Origin: Gracilinanus agilis
Lineage: Eukaryota
Reading direction: 5' to 3'
Assembly (NCBI RefSeq): GCF_016433145.1
Contig: NC_058130.1
Location: forward strand, 710,306,371 to 710,370,370
DNA length: 64,000 nt
The notes beneath the pieces were generated by a model, which was not told the DNA's origin, did no database searches, and saw only the letters and a list, made by a program, of their open reading frames with translations. Both the position numbers and the translations under genes were made by a program. Below, piece after piece: positions 1 through 38,000 of this stretch (within the stretch, counting starts at the first letter, position 1; every line of letters starts with the position of its first letter).

Positions 1-638
1 GGGGGGAAAGTGGAACTTGGGGCAGGCACAGCGGGCACAGCGTCTTTGTCTGCGGTCATACCCGGGCTCTGCCCCTGCCACTGGGGTTTGGGGAATTTGG
101 GTGGAGATAGAGTGGGGAGCGGAGTAGGGAGGTGGAGAAGGGATATGGGGCGCCGCTCTCCGTGAACAATAGCTAAGGCCACCGGGCCTTACCACCACCA
201 CCCCCTTCCCAATTGCCTGATCTAATGAGATGCTTCACTGCAGCAGCTGCAGCGACAACACTCGGGCAGTGGGGGTGGTGGAAGCAGGGCTGGAGACTTC
301 ATCCTCCTCTGAGTCCGCCTTCTAAACTGGTCTCCCTTCTTCAACTGAAGGGTGGAGAGAAATGTGGCTCCCTGCCCCTCCTCACACAGATAAACACTGA
401 TCCAGACGCTACAGGGGCAGACAGGCTGATACATAGGCACAGTAGTAATAGAAGCTCGGTCACAAAGAAGTCACCCAGGCACAGAAATTCACACATAGAG
501 CCCTACCGACAAATGAGCACAGTGCTGCAGCAACCTAGACACACATGTAGCAGTAGAGTCACACACACACACAGAACCCTGACATGAAACTCAGTGAAAT
601 ACAATGAAACAGAAACTCAGGTCAGAGATTCAGTCACT

Positions 639-714
<76 letters not shown>
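639..714. repeat. (GA)n microsatellite
   Basis: Direct reading. Confidence 0.95.
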
Positions 715-1071
715 ATAAAAAACACAAGGCTATACAGAGGCAAAGACAGTTACAAATCCAGTAGTCACAGCAAAATCATAGAATCACAGAGTCACAATGG
801 CAAGATATACAGCCACCGAGGATAACACCATCTCCCTCCCTCCATCTCTGTCTCTGTCTCTCTCACTCGCTGACACACATTCACTCTGGACTTCGACTCT
901 GAGTACTAAGGGGCCTTTGGCTAGAGTGGAATTGAGACATGGACCCTTGACCTGAAACATAAGCTCCAGGGATGCTCCTAGCACCTGGTCCCAGACTATA
1001 ACCCCAGCGAACTGCAGGTCCCAAAGCTCACCCAGCTTTGGCCCCCTGGGGGAATAGGAATGGAAGACTGA

Positions 1072-26392
<25,321 letters not shown>

Positions 26393-26479
26393 AGCTGGGC
26401 CCAGAGCCTGGCCCTCTGTCAGGAGGCCTGGAGGGGCGGCGCAGACTGTACAGTGGTTGTATACATATGTACACATATA

Positions 26480-26485
26480 AATAAA
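26480..26485 (+). terminator. MAST1 polyadenylation signal AATAAA
   Basis: AATAAA ~90 nt after the stop codon; implies a short 3'UTR. Confidence 0.8.
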
Positions 26486-27689
26486 GTGCGTGCTACGCAT
26501 TCTGGGCTCCAGGCTCTCTGGACCTGCCGCAGGGGGCAGCGGGGGTGTCTGAGCAAGCAGGCCCAGCCAGAGCGCGCCCGCCCGGTGCAGAGGCGCCCGC
26601 GTTCCCAGGAGGCAGCGAGCCAGACACCCTGACCCAAGGAGGAAGCTGCCTCGCACAGAGAGGTATCCCTGGGCTCGGCGGTAACTTGGGTGGCTACATC
26701 TAGAAATGGAGCTACTGACGGTGGGGATGTCCCAGAGCAGCAGATTAGAGGGCTTAATGCCTTAGAAGGGACTGCTGAGGAAGAACATTGTTAAGCTATC
26801 TTAATCGAGGGAATCCCCAACTGGGGGAAGGGGGATGGGAATAGTCTTAGAGAGCATTTAGGGGAACAAAGTCCGATGGAACAGAGAAGGGAGAACAAGC
26901 ATTAAGTGCCTCCTATGTGCCAGATGCTTTATAAATGTGTATAGACACCCCTGCATCATGAGCACCCTGGGGGAGGTAGGTGCTATTAGGATCATTTTAT
27001 GGTTAAGGAAATGGAGGCAGGCAGAGGTTAAGGGACTTGCCCAGGGTCACATAGTCCGTCTTAGGTCTGATTTGAACTCGGACCCAGAGCTCTTATCCAC
27101 TGTGCCTCCACAATCGCTGAATAGAAAGGAAAATAAATGCTATTTTATCATGACTGTACACTTTAGAGAACCTGACCAGAAGATGGCTTAAGTGTGGGCA
27201 ACAGATGACTAGCCTGGCAAGCATGATACAGGAATGCCGGGAACATACAACCGCTGCACCTCTGCCCACAGAACGGAGCTTTGGCACCAGTGTAAATTCT
27301 CATTTCCTCAGAAGGTAGAAAAACGGAGAGCTCCTATTCCGAAGCTCAGTCTGACTCGCAAGGGGCCGGCTGCTAATGTAGAAAGGATGGGGCACAATTT
27401 ACTACTTAAAGTTGCCAGAGTGGACCACAGGGCACCACCACATGTGCAGAGCGCCCTGCCCTAAGGCTCTCCAGGGGAAGTTGTCCTCGGAGGAATGGGA
27501 AGCTCTGAGGAGACAATTCTGATCAGGAAGAAAAGGAAGACTTGCCCTGGAGAACGTTGTGGATTGTTTGTGTGGTTTTAAGAGAGAGATAGAAGTAGGG
27601 TCATGTAACTAGAGAAATGCAAAACTTGCCCAGAGCAGGCCAAGGCAGGGCCTGAAAGACGGCAAAACGTCTCTTTAAGCTGAGCTGGG

Positions 27690-27930
27690 GATAATCGGTT
27701 GGAAGGGTCCTCGGAGGCTATCTGATCCATCTCGTACCTGAAAAGATAACCTCTACAATATACCTCCACTGGGTGCCCAGACAGCTACTCCACTTCTGGC
27801 TTATCACTCATTGTTGGGAAGCTTTTATATCGAGCCACATCTTGGTCTGCAACATCCATTTTTGCTGGTTTTGCAGGCTGGGGCCTCTTCTCGTGCTAGC
27901 TCTTCAAATATGGTCATTATCATGACCCTC
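27690..27930 (-). mobile_element. Old CR1/L3 fragment (similar piece ~30300-30670)
   Basis: ggttggaagggtcctcggaggctatct...atatcgagcc...ggggcc...tcttcaaata resembles the L3 3' region (recognised from memory). Confidence 0.45.
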
Positions 27931-30900
27931 AAATGGTTTTCATTCTTTTGTCCTCTCCCTGTGAAAATCTTGCCCTTCACTTTAGTGGTCACCTTTATTT
28001 CCAAAAATATTCTTTCCTTCTCCCTATCAAACCATCTCTGGTACCAGAATATTTTAAACAATGGGGAGAAAAAACAATTGGGCATGGCCAAAGGAAATAT
28101 TGCATCTGAAAGGCAAGGCGGTATTCCACATCCACAGGAGCTTAACTCTGCAAAGAAGGGAGGGAAGCACATTTGGTGTGCTCTCTTCAGGGGCCAAGCA
28201 TGGTCATTACAATTTATATGGTGTTTTGCCCTTACCATTCCTATTGCTATAATCATTATACATATTTCTCCCTGGTGCTGCTAGCTTTAATATGCATCAG
28301 TTCACCTAGGTCTTCCCATGCTTCTCTGAATTATTCAAACTTGTCATTTCTTATTGCGTGATAATATTCCATTACATTCTATTACATACACAATTTCTTT
28401 AGCCATTCATTCTTGAATTGATGGGTGTCTACTTTGTCCCCACATCTTAGCTACTAAAATAAGTTCTATTAGGAATATTTCGTTGTACGCTGGACCGTTC
28501 TATTTTCTTCCACTTCATTGAAGGGTATGTACCTAACAGAGTGGGATCTCTGGGCAAAAGGGTATGAAGTGTTCAGTCACTTCCCCACCACCACTCCTTG
28601 GCTCATGATCTGAGCAAGTGGGTTTTAAATGGAAAATTCAGAGGTAGGAGCAAACTCCCCATAAGCCTACCAATTCCAAATTGTTTCCAGAATAGAGTGA
28701 TTTCATGGCTTTCCCAACAGTGGGCCTATCTTTTTGCAGTCCCTCTGACTTGAATAAATTCCATCCATCCAATTCCTAATTTTCTGGGTGTGAGGTTAAA
28801 CCTCAGAGTTGTTTTGACTTATCAGTGATTTGGAATAAATTTTCATATATTCGCTAATAATAATAGCTAACATTTATATAGCACCTATGTGCCAGGCTCT
28901 ATACTAAGCACTTGACAATTACCTCATTTGATCCAAACAAGGTGCTATTGTGATCCGTATTTTGATACTCCACAATTCCTTTTTCAGAACTGTTTGTTCC
29001 TATCATTTGATCACATCCATTGGTCTCCCCTATTTTTAAAAAAAATTTAGTCTTTATTGACAGCTTTTTAAAGACGCTATCATTTCCTCCACTATCCCTT
29101 TCTCCCTCCCATCCCAGAGTGTCATTCTATAAAACAAATAGTATTTTTAAGGAAAAAAAATCAGTAAACGGATCAATACATAAAAGTCTGAACAGTATGT
29201 GCAATGTGCCACACTCGTGCACCTACATTGGCAAAGATTTGTCTCTTTTTTGGAGCCTTGCTTATTCTTTGGAATTTTGCAACATTCACTTTTGATTTTT
29301 TTTCAGCGGTTTTCCTCTATTCACACTGTTGTAGTCATTAGGTCAAGTGTTTCCTTGGCTTCTCGTCCCTCCTTTTCACAGCCAAACTCTTAAATCTTCA
29401 AAACCTTGCAGTCTAAAAGTATTCATTTAGCTGACATGGCTTTCTCCAAGATTAGCCACCATCTCCTAATTGCCAAATTGAATGGTTTTTTTTCCCCAGT
29501 CCTGATCCTTCTTGACCTCTCTAGAACCCTGGACATTATTGACTATCTCCTATGTTCTGATGACATACCTCTCTCCTGGTTCTGCTTGTCTGACTGCTCC
29601 TTCTTGGTTTCCTTTGCTAGACCAACATCCATGGCTTGCCCCAGTCTGTGGGTGTACCATATGACTTATGTCCTGTGCTCGCCTCTCTATATTTGGTGAC
29701 CCATGAGTTCAATGACTCTCTTTATGCAGTTGACTTCCTAAGCTCCATATTCAGCCCTTATCTTTCTTCCTTACATCTCGGTCCCATGTTGCCACCTGCC
29801 TGCTGGAATTTCCCTCTGGGTTGCCCAATCAATACAAACAAAAGGGAAATTCTTACCTTACCCTCAAAATCCAGCCGCCATGTCTGAAATGCTCTCCTAA
29901 TTCACCTGCCTCTTGGAAATCCTGGCTGTCTTCAAGCCCGAGCTCAGGTATCAATTCTTACATAAGGCCTTTCCTGATTCTGCCACACGTGCCCCCACCC
30001 AGTGGTTAGTGCTTTCCCCTGTGTCCCCTTTGTATTTACTTCATATATACTATATAAATACATACATATATATATCACATATTTACATATATTAATTTAC
30101 TTTTCTATGTACATATTTCCCTGTAAACTCCCCCCAGGATGGAAGCTCCTTGAGGGCAAGGATTGTTTGTTTTTGTGTGTGTATCCCCAGTATCTAGCCC
30201 AGTGCTCTACACATAATAAATGCTTAATAAATGTTTGTGGAATTTAATGGAATCAAACATCCCCGGTTCCTTCCTCTGGTTCTAGCGTGGCATGGTGTCC
30301 AGTCCTCCCTATCTTGGTTCATCCCTCTCTGAATGAAGGCATCTTGAATCTAGAGCAGTCTCCAAGCAGCTTTCTATACTGAGTTTTTGAATGCATCTAT
30401 CACGTCCCCTGTCCAAGACCTTTCTGGGCTAAGTATCCCCAGTTTACTCAATTGACAACTGACTCATAAATGGTTTCAAGGCATTTAACCATTTTGGTTA
30501 CCCTTTCCTAGATACTCTCCTTATCATTGTTCTTCCTGATGTAACCCCATGGCCCTGATCGTCTCTCTACACCAACAACCAGAATGGGAAGCAATGTTTC
30601 AAATATGAAGTGTTATTCAGGTCTGTCCCAGGCAAAATACAGTAGGACTATTGCCTTCCTAACCATGGACTCTATTTCTCAGCCACATGTGACTGTGAGC
30701 AAGTCATTTGGGCCTAAATTTCCTCAAGTATAAAATGAGGGGGATAGAGTTTCATTTTCTTCCAAATTCTTTCTTCTAAATTCATGATTTTTTTTCCTTT
30801 TTATTAAATGTTTCATTGAAAACAGCATCGAATATTACTATAACCAAACTTGCAGAGAAATGACTTTTAAATTTCATTTCATTTCGATATATGGCACCTT

Positions 30901-31161
30901 TTTCCTGACAGTTTTTCTACCAGACCACTGTCTGGGAAGGCAAGTCTATTAGGCACCTCAATCCCCTTCTGCCAGTTTTTTGGTTAGGGCAAATTCCCAG
31001 GAACTGAGTAGGGACTGGGGATGTCTGCCTACCAGGGGCGTGTTATCATCAGCATCCCGTTCCATTCAGGTCATTCTCATAAAGATTGTATAGTGATGAG
31101 AGATAACAGATCAGTCATTGCTGCTGTCCTCCCAATCACCACTCTAAGAAAAATAGTCTTA

Positions 31162-31320
31162 GGGCTAAATGGCTCAGTGGACTGAGAGCCAGGCCCACAG
31201 GTGGGAGGTCCTGGATTCAAATCTGGCCTCAGACACGTCCTGGCTGTGTGACCCTGGGCAAGTCACTTAACCCCCATTGCCTAGCCCTTACCACTCTTCT
31301 GCCTTAAAACCAACATACTT
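31162..31320 (+). mobile_element. SINE1_Mdo-type SINE
   Basis: Same family motifs. Confidence 0.8.
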
Positions 31321-32938
31321 TATGCACAGAAGACAGCAAGAGCACCAGTTTGGCTGGAAAGTATGGTGAGGGAGAATACTGTGAAGGCAGTCTTAAAAGG
31401 TCTACTTGAGCCAGATTCAGAAGGGCTTAGAAGACTTAGACTGCCAATCAGAGACTTCCACTCCAGCTGGCCACCAGAACTTCTTGAGTTGGGGAGGGAC
31501 CTGATCAGGTTTAAGTCTCAGTCTCCTAATCTCCACAAGTCCTTTGGGTCAGGTCCCTGACATATCTCTCCTCAGGGTTCTAGGAGTAACTCCGGAGAGC
31601 TGAGGCGGGAGAAGAGGGTTCTCATACTATTTATTGTTCACGAGCCCCCATCCAGTCTGTTCTCCTCAATAACAATCACCTATTAATATCTCTTCCAACA
31701 TAAATTGACCAGTTCATATCAATTCACAAAGGGATTTTTCCTGAGAAGATACAACAACAATAGCAACAGTAGATAGTGCCTACCTCGTGCCTAGTATTAT
31801 GCTAAACACAACACAAATATTCTCATTTGATCCTCACAACAAGCTTGGGAACTATTATTATCCCCATTTTAGAGATGAGAAAACTGAGGCAAACAGGAAG
31901 AATTGAAATACAAAAACTTCCCAAACTGAAAGCACACTTTCCCCTTACCCCTTCAGTCCTTGAGAGAGGACTCAGTCTTGAGGTGATGTGACATAATTGG
32001 TGGATAAGGTGCTCCATGGCTTGCAGGCACCATGTGCCCCCACTTCACTGCTGGCCTGAGCCAAGTATATTATTCTTTAAGGTTAATTCCTCACCTTGCT
32101 CAGCTGCTGTGGCCATCAAAAGATTCTGCTTTAGCCTTCGAATGCTCTCACAACCCTGAAGAGCTCACAGGCGCCGGTCTGTTGTCTCCATTAATCCTAC
32201 AGCTAGAGCCAAGAAAGAATACACACAACAGAGACAGAAGAGAAGCGGCACCCAGCGCTCATAGCCACGCGGCGGCTGGGTGGAAATAGCAAGATGGGCT
32301 GCTACAGTCACTGCTGCTTCATCACCCCCTTGTCTACAAGCACATTAGGAGACAAAGTATTTTTCCTTACCTTCTCATTAGAAAAACATCAGGAAAAAAA
32401 AAAAGAAAGAAAGAAAACCATGAGGAGAAGGAGAATTCTTTTGGTCATTTGTATGCACACTGGAGTCTGGCTTAGCAGCCAGTTAGCTGGTTTTCCACTC
32501 CTCGGGAAAGTCCAAGAAATTGTCATGGAGTGCTTGTGTATCCTCTAAAATAGGGAGGGAGAGGACCCCTCCACCACACCCTCGTAGAAGCAGATTTCAC
32601 TGGCCAGTCCCCACCTTACACATCCCATTGTTAAGTAAACTCTTTTGTTAAAGATTATATTTTCCAAGCATCTTTTGTTAAGTGTTTTGTTTACACGTCT
32701 CATTTGGGCTTTTGTGTCTCACTTTATTTAAATATATTATTTTGTTCCATCTCCAAACCTCAGACCTGAGTCAAGGCTAGCCCAGAAAACAAGTCCTCAG
32801 AAAGCAGAGTTGTCTAACCCTGGGACCCTTACTCAGTCGGTAAGTCAACAAGCATTTCTTTTTCTTTTCTATAATCCTTACCTTCTTAGATTCTATACCA
32901 AGTATTCATTCCAAGGCAGAAGGGTGTAAGGGCTGGGC

Positions 32939-33372
32939 CCATGATGGCAAACATATGGCACAGGTGCCAAAGAGGGCACGCAGAGCAGTCTCTGTGGGCA
33001 CTCAGCCACCCTCCCTAACCACCCCCACCCAAAGTTCCTTACTAGAAAGGCAGAGGGCCTTGGGTGGAGCTGATTCTTTCCCCTTCTCCATCACAACTGA
33101 TGACATTTTCACATCCCTGCTCCTCTGACCAGCAGCCAATAGGAATGCACAGGGGATAAGATGGGTAGCTCACAGGTGGCAGAATTGGAGAAGAGCAGAA
33201 TTCTCAGGCCACTCCCCCCCCTCTACATTCGATGAGGACATTCCTTGCCTCACCAACCTCTCTGCCCAGCAGCCCAAAGGGAGAGCTCCCTCCCTCCCCT
33301 GTGTGGATTAAGAGGGGGGTGGGACATACCCAGAGGCCAGGCATTCGGTTTCTAAAAGGTTCACCATCACTG
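32939..33372 (+). mobile_element. hAT MITE (OposCharlie-type) inserted into a SINE
   Basis: TIRs CCATGATGGCAAAC and (reverse complement) CAGTGATGGTGAAC; 8-bp TSD ggctgggc/ggctaagc; the host SINE continues on both sides (~32851-33460). Confidence 0.75.
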
Positions 33373-34659
33373 GGCTAAGCAATTGAGGTTAGGTGACTTG
33401 CCCAGAGTTACATAGCTAGGAAGTGTCTGGGGCCAGATTTCTATCCATGGAGCCATCTAGCTGATCCTCTACAAACATTTATTAAGTATCTATTATATCC
33501 CAGCAGCTGTGCTAAGTACTGGGTATATTAGATGAGGGCTGTCCCCTCTTTCGCCCAAAAAACAGTGCCTGCTCTGAAGAGCAAAAGCAATCTAATGGGA
33601 GAGACAAATAAATAACTATGTTCAAACAAACTATATATAAGACAAATTTTGATCAATCAATAGAGGGAAGGCACTAGAATTAAGGGGGATAGGGAGAGGC
33701 TTCCTGTAGAAGGTAGAATTTTAACTGGCACTTTAAAGAAGCCAGGGAAGCCTGGAGGCAGAGAAGAGGATGCTGAGAATTCTAGTCTTGGGTGACAGCC
33801 AGTGAGGTTACATTTGGAGTCAGTCCTGAAGATAGGAGAAAGGAGGTCCTGGGTTCTAAGAAAGAAGATAATGGGCAATTATTTTGAGAGAGAGAGAGAG
33901 AGACAGACAGACAGTTGGAGACAGAGGGGTGTTTATTGACTTGGATGGTCTTGTTGAAAGAATAGGAAAAAGGTAAGTGTTCCTGGATATCAAGGTACAC
34001 AGAGGTGAGAGAAGCCTGGAAAGGTTAGAGAGGTCCAAGTTTTGAAGGGCTTAACAGAGGAGTTTATATTTGATACTAGAGGTGATAGGGAGCCATGGGA
34101 GTTTACCAAAGGGGGATGTCACGATAGGTCCTTCCAGCTCAGCAGAATCCACTCAGGCTTGAGCAATTCTGCTTACCTTCTAAGAATCTAGTCATCTCCA
34201 AGTCCTGACCAACCACTATAATACCTTAGAGAGGTGAAAATAATGGTGGGATCAAAGCAGGAAGGCCTTTTTTAAGGGAAGGGAAGCAATCAAAGAAAAC
34301 TTCCTAAAGGAAGTGGCATTTGAGGGTTGTTTTTTTAAATCCCTGTTTTCTGTCTTAGAATAGATACTAAGTGCCCAAGTATTTTAAAGTAAAAGAAAGA
34401 CAAGGGTTAGGCAAATTGGGTTGTGATTTGTCTAGGGTCACATAACTAGGAAGTGTCTGAGGTCACATTTGAACCCAGGACCTCCTGACTCCAGGCCTGG
34501 CTATTTATCCACTGAACCACCTAGTTGCCACTTGAGTTGGAGTTTAAAGAAAGTTTTAAGCAAAGAGATGAACAGGCAAAGGAAAAATGGGGTAGAAACT
34601 GAAGAGCAGGAGTCAGGCTTTGTTGGAGCAAAAGACAGACCATGTCGATTCCCAATGAC

Positions 34660-34665
34660 TTTATT
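34660..34665 (-). terminator. DNASE2 polyadenylation signal AATAAA
   Basis: TTTATT on the + strand, ~65 nt past the stop codon. Confidence 0.7.
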
Positions 34666-34730
34666 CTCTCCTGTGAGTTTTCTGTGAGGAATTGGGCCAG
34701 CATTCTCTCTCCCCTCCGTGACCCTTGATC

Positions 34731-35080
34731 TCAGGCCTTGGTGGGTGGGCAAGGCCCATATTCCTTCACCAGGGGCCGGAAGGCTTTCCACAGAGTAGGC
34801 ATTTGGGAGCAGAGAGTGCCTCCACCACGTTTCTCCTCTGCCTGGTTGCGGTTCAGGTCCCCTATGCAGGTCCAGCTGCTGTTGAGTGCTACACACCACT
34901 TGGCATGGTCATGGGTGGCACTGAAGGCAGGTACAGTTGAGTCAGGGAAGGCTGTCTCTAGTATATTCAGCACATGGAAAGGGCCGGAACAGTTAGAAGG
35001 CAGTACTGAAGGTGTTTTCGGCCAGAACTGGACAAAGAGGTCACTGTCCAGGGCTGTGGTCAGCCAGCCTGAGTAAAGGT
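34731..35080 (-). CDS. DNASE2: DNASE2 exon 6 coding part
   Basis: DLYSGWL...LPSNCS...DHAKWCV...GDLNR...RGGGTLC...PCPPTKA*. Confidence 0.96.
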
Positions 35081-38000
35081 CTATGGGAGACAGCATCTAG
35101 TCAAGACCTAAGAGGTTTGGGGTCCTAGTCCTGGCTCTACCCCCAAACTGGCCCAAATAGCTAAAAATCTCTCCAAACCTTCCCTTTCTGCATTTTTCAA
35201 AGGTCTGTGGCCTCACTCTCTGGACCCACTAGATTACCTTCCCTGTCCCACCTGGGCCTCACCATCATGGAAGTAGTCAAACTTGGCAAAGCTTTGGAAG
35301 ATAGCCCCGGCTCTCGAGGTGAGGGTTACACTTCGATTCCAGGGACCTGGGTTCACATGGTGGCCTTGGGCAGCATCTTTCAGCTCTGGCAGGTCCTGGG
35401 CAAAGGTTCCTTCTAGACTGTAGTCATATACTCTGGGGTAGGTATAGGTCAGCTGTTTGCCTGAAGGAAGACACCCAGATGTAGAAAATAGAAAAACAGG
35501 TCAAGTAATCCACAGGAACATTCTCCCCCTGAGATCCTCCCTGAGGCTGCCCTCAGTAGACTCACCAATCTCCTGGAACTGGTTATAGCTAAAGGTGACG
35601 CAGAGTAGGGTCTGTCCATAGGTCTGGGCATTAGGGGGCCAGCTATAGGATGATTTAGCAGGTGGTGGGAATCGAGGGACACTGTGGACCAACCAGATGC
35701 CGCCATCTTTGTTAAGAAGAAGCACACCTAGAAGGAGAGGGGGAAGCTCAGACAAAGGGACTAGAAGATAAAGAAATCAAAACTATCAATAAGGGGGCAG
35801 CTGGGTAGCTCAGTGGAGTGAGAGTCAGGCCTAGAGACAGGAGGTCCTAGGTTCAAACCCGGCCTCAGCCACTTCCCAGCTGTGTGACCCTGGGCAAGTC
35901 ACTTGACCCCCATTGCCCACCCTTACCAATCTTCCACCTATGAGACAATACACCGAAGTACAAGGGTTTAAAAAAAAAACTATCAATAAGCTCATGAGAA
36001 AGTGTTCTAAATCTCTAATAATTAGAGAAATGCAAATCAAAACAACTCTGAGGTATCACCTCACACCTAGCAGATTGGCTAAAATGAAAGAAGGGGAGAA
36101 TAATGAATGTTGGAGGGGATGTGGCAAAATTGGGACATTAATGCATTGCTGATGGAGTTGTGAATTGATCCAACCATTCTGGAGGGCAATTTAGAACTAT
36201 GCCCAAAGAGTCCTAAAAGAATGCCTGCCCTTTGATCCAGCCATACCATTGCTGGGTTTGTACCCCAAAGAGATAATAAGGAAAAATATTTGTACAAAAA
36301 TATTTATAGCTGCGCTCTTTGTGGTGGCAAAAAATTGGAAAATGAGGGGATACCCTTCAATTGGGGAATGGCTGAACAAATTGTGGTACCTGTTGGTGAT
36401 GGAATACTATTGTGCTCAAAGGAATAATGAACTGGGGGAATTCCATGTGAACTGGAATGACCTTCAGGAATTGACGCAGAGTGAAAGGAGCAGAACCAGG
36501 ATAACATTGTATACAGAGACTGATAAACTGTGGTAAAATCAAATGTAATGGACTTCTGTACTAGCAGCAATGCAGTGACCCTTCTGAGGGACAATTCTGA
36601 GGGATTTATGGAAAAGAACACTACCCACATTCAGAGGAAGAACTACGGGAGTGGAAAAACAGAAGAAAAACAACTGCTTGAACATATGGGTTGATGCAGA
36701 TTTAATTAGGATGCAGACTCTTAATGACCACCCTAGTACAATTATCAATAATATGGAAATAGGTCTTGATGATGATACAGGAAGAAACCAGTGGAAATGT
36801 GCATCAGCTGCTAGGGGGCATGGGGGTGGGAGGAGAGAGAGCAAGAACATGAATCATGGAACCATGGAAAATTTTTTTCTAAAAAATACAAAAATAATTA
36901 AAAACAAAAAAAAAAAAAAAAGGGGTTAGAAGACATGGAGAGGCCAGAGTACTGGAGGTCCCAGAAGCTGATGGGAGAAATGAGCAAAACTCCAGAATTG
37001 AAATTTCTTGATCAGTCCAGCCTAGCCCCAACACTTGGAGGAAGGTGAGCCTGGCTTGAATACAGCTGGGAAAATATGGATCACCCTCAGATACAAGGAG
37101 AGTGGGAAGGCCCAGGAATAGAGAGAGAAGAATGGGCTGCTTAAGGACAGGAAATAGAGGAATAATATATCAATCTCAGACATGAACACAGGAGGCTGAG
37201 TCTCACCCTTGGTGTGTCCTCGGTAGTCAGTGTCAGGGCTGCCATTACCTGAGGGTGGCTGGTCATTGTACAGTACATATGCCAACTAAAGGGAAGTGTA
37301 AGGTGAAACATGAACAAGGTACCATGCTAGTCCCCCATCCTGCCCCCTGTGTTCCTAGGCTCACCTCCCTGAAGCACCTGGCCCAGGCCCTCACCTCACT
37401 CAAGTTTCCTTTGTAGAGTTGATTCAAGGTCTTCCCCACAGATCGTTGGGTGCTGTTGATCAATGTGGCACCCTTTTGCCAGCCGCCACTGTTCCCATCT
37501 AGGTACATGTAGCTGAGTCCTTTCAAGGAATTGGTCAGGGCAGGTAGTTTGTAGGTCACGAACCTGGGGAAGAAAGAAGGAGCAAGGTAACTAGGGAAGA
37601 AGCAGTGGACTGTTGTAGAATTTAAATCAAAAATGAACTTTAGAGGTCATCTTCCAGTCTCAGCCTCTTAGTTTACATATAGGGAAACATGAGGGGAAAG
37701 GACTCGTTCAGGGCCATAGAAACAGGATTTAAACCCAGGTCCCCTGACTCTCAAGCCAGGACTCATTCCAGGATCTATATCTATAGATAAGACTGGGTAC
37801 CTTAAGAGAGAGGCCCCACAAGTACCCCGACCTTAGCCTTTTACCCACTATCTCACACTGAGCAATTAGCCTTAACAGATCATTTTCTAAAGCAGACCAT
37901 ATCAGCACCTGCCTAGCTAAGAAATAAAGACAATGAAAGATGCTACTTGGTATTTACAGTTTCATAGCAAAAACGAAAAAGGCAGAATGAATCAGGGTGG

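Noticed and set aside
604-825. ORF with a long (ER)n charged repeat
   Set aside because: Translation of the (GA)n microsatellite.
27811-28284. Overlapping 157-aa (+) and 143-aa (-) ORFs in the intergenic spacer
   Set aside because: They overlap decayed CR1/L3-like and other repeat sequence, and show no homology I can recognise.
35794-35870. tRNA-like A/B-box sequences (tagctcagtgg...ggttcaaa), repeated many times in the window
   Set aside because: These are heads of tRNA-derived SINEs followed by SINE body and A-tail, not tRNA genes.
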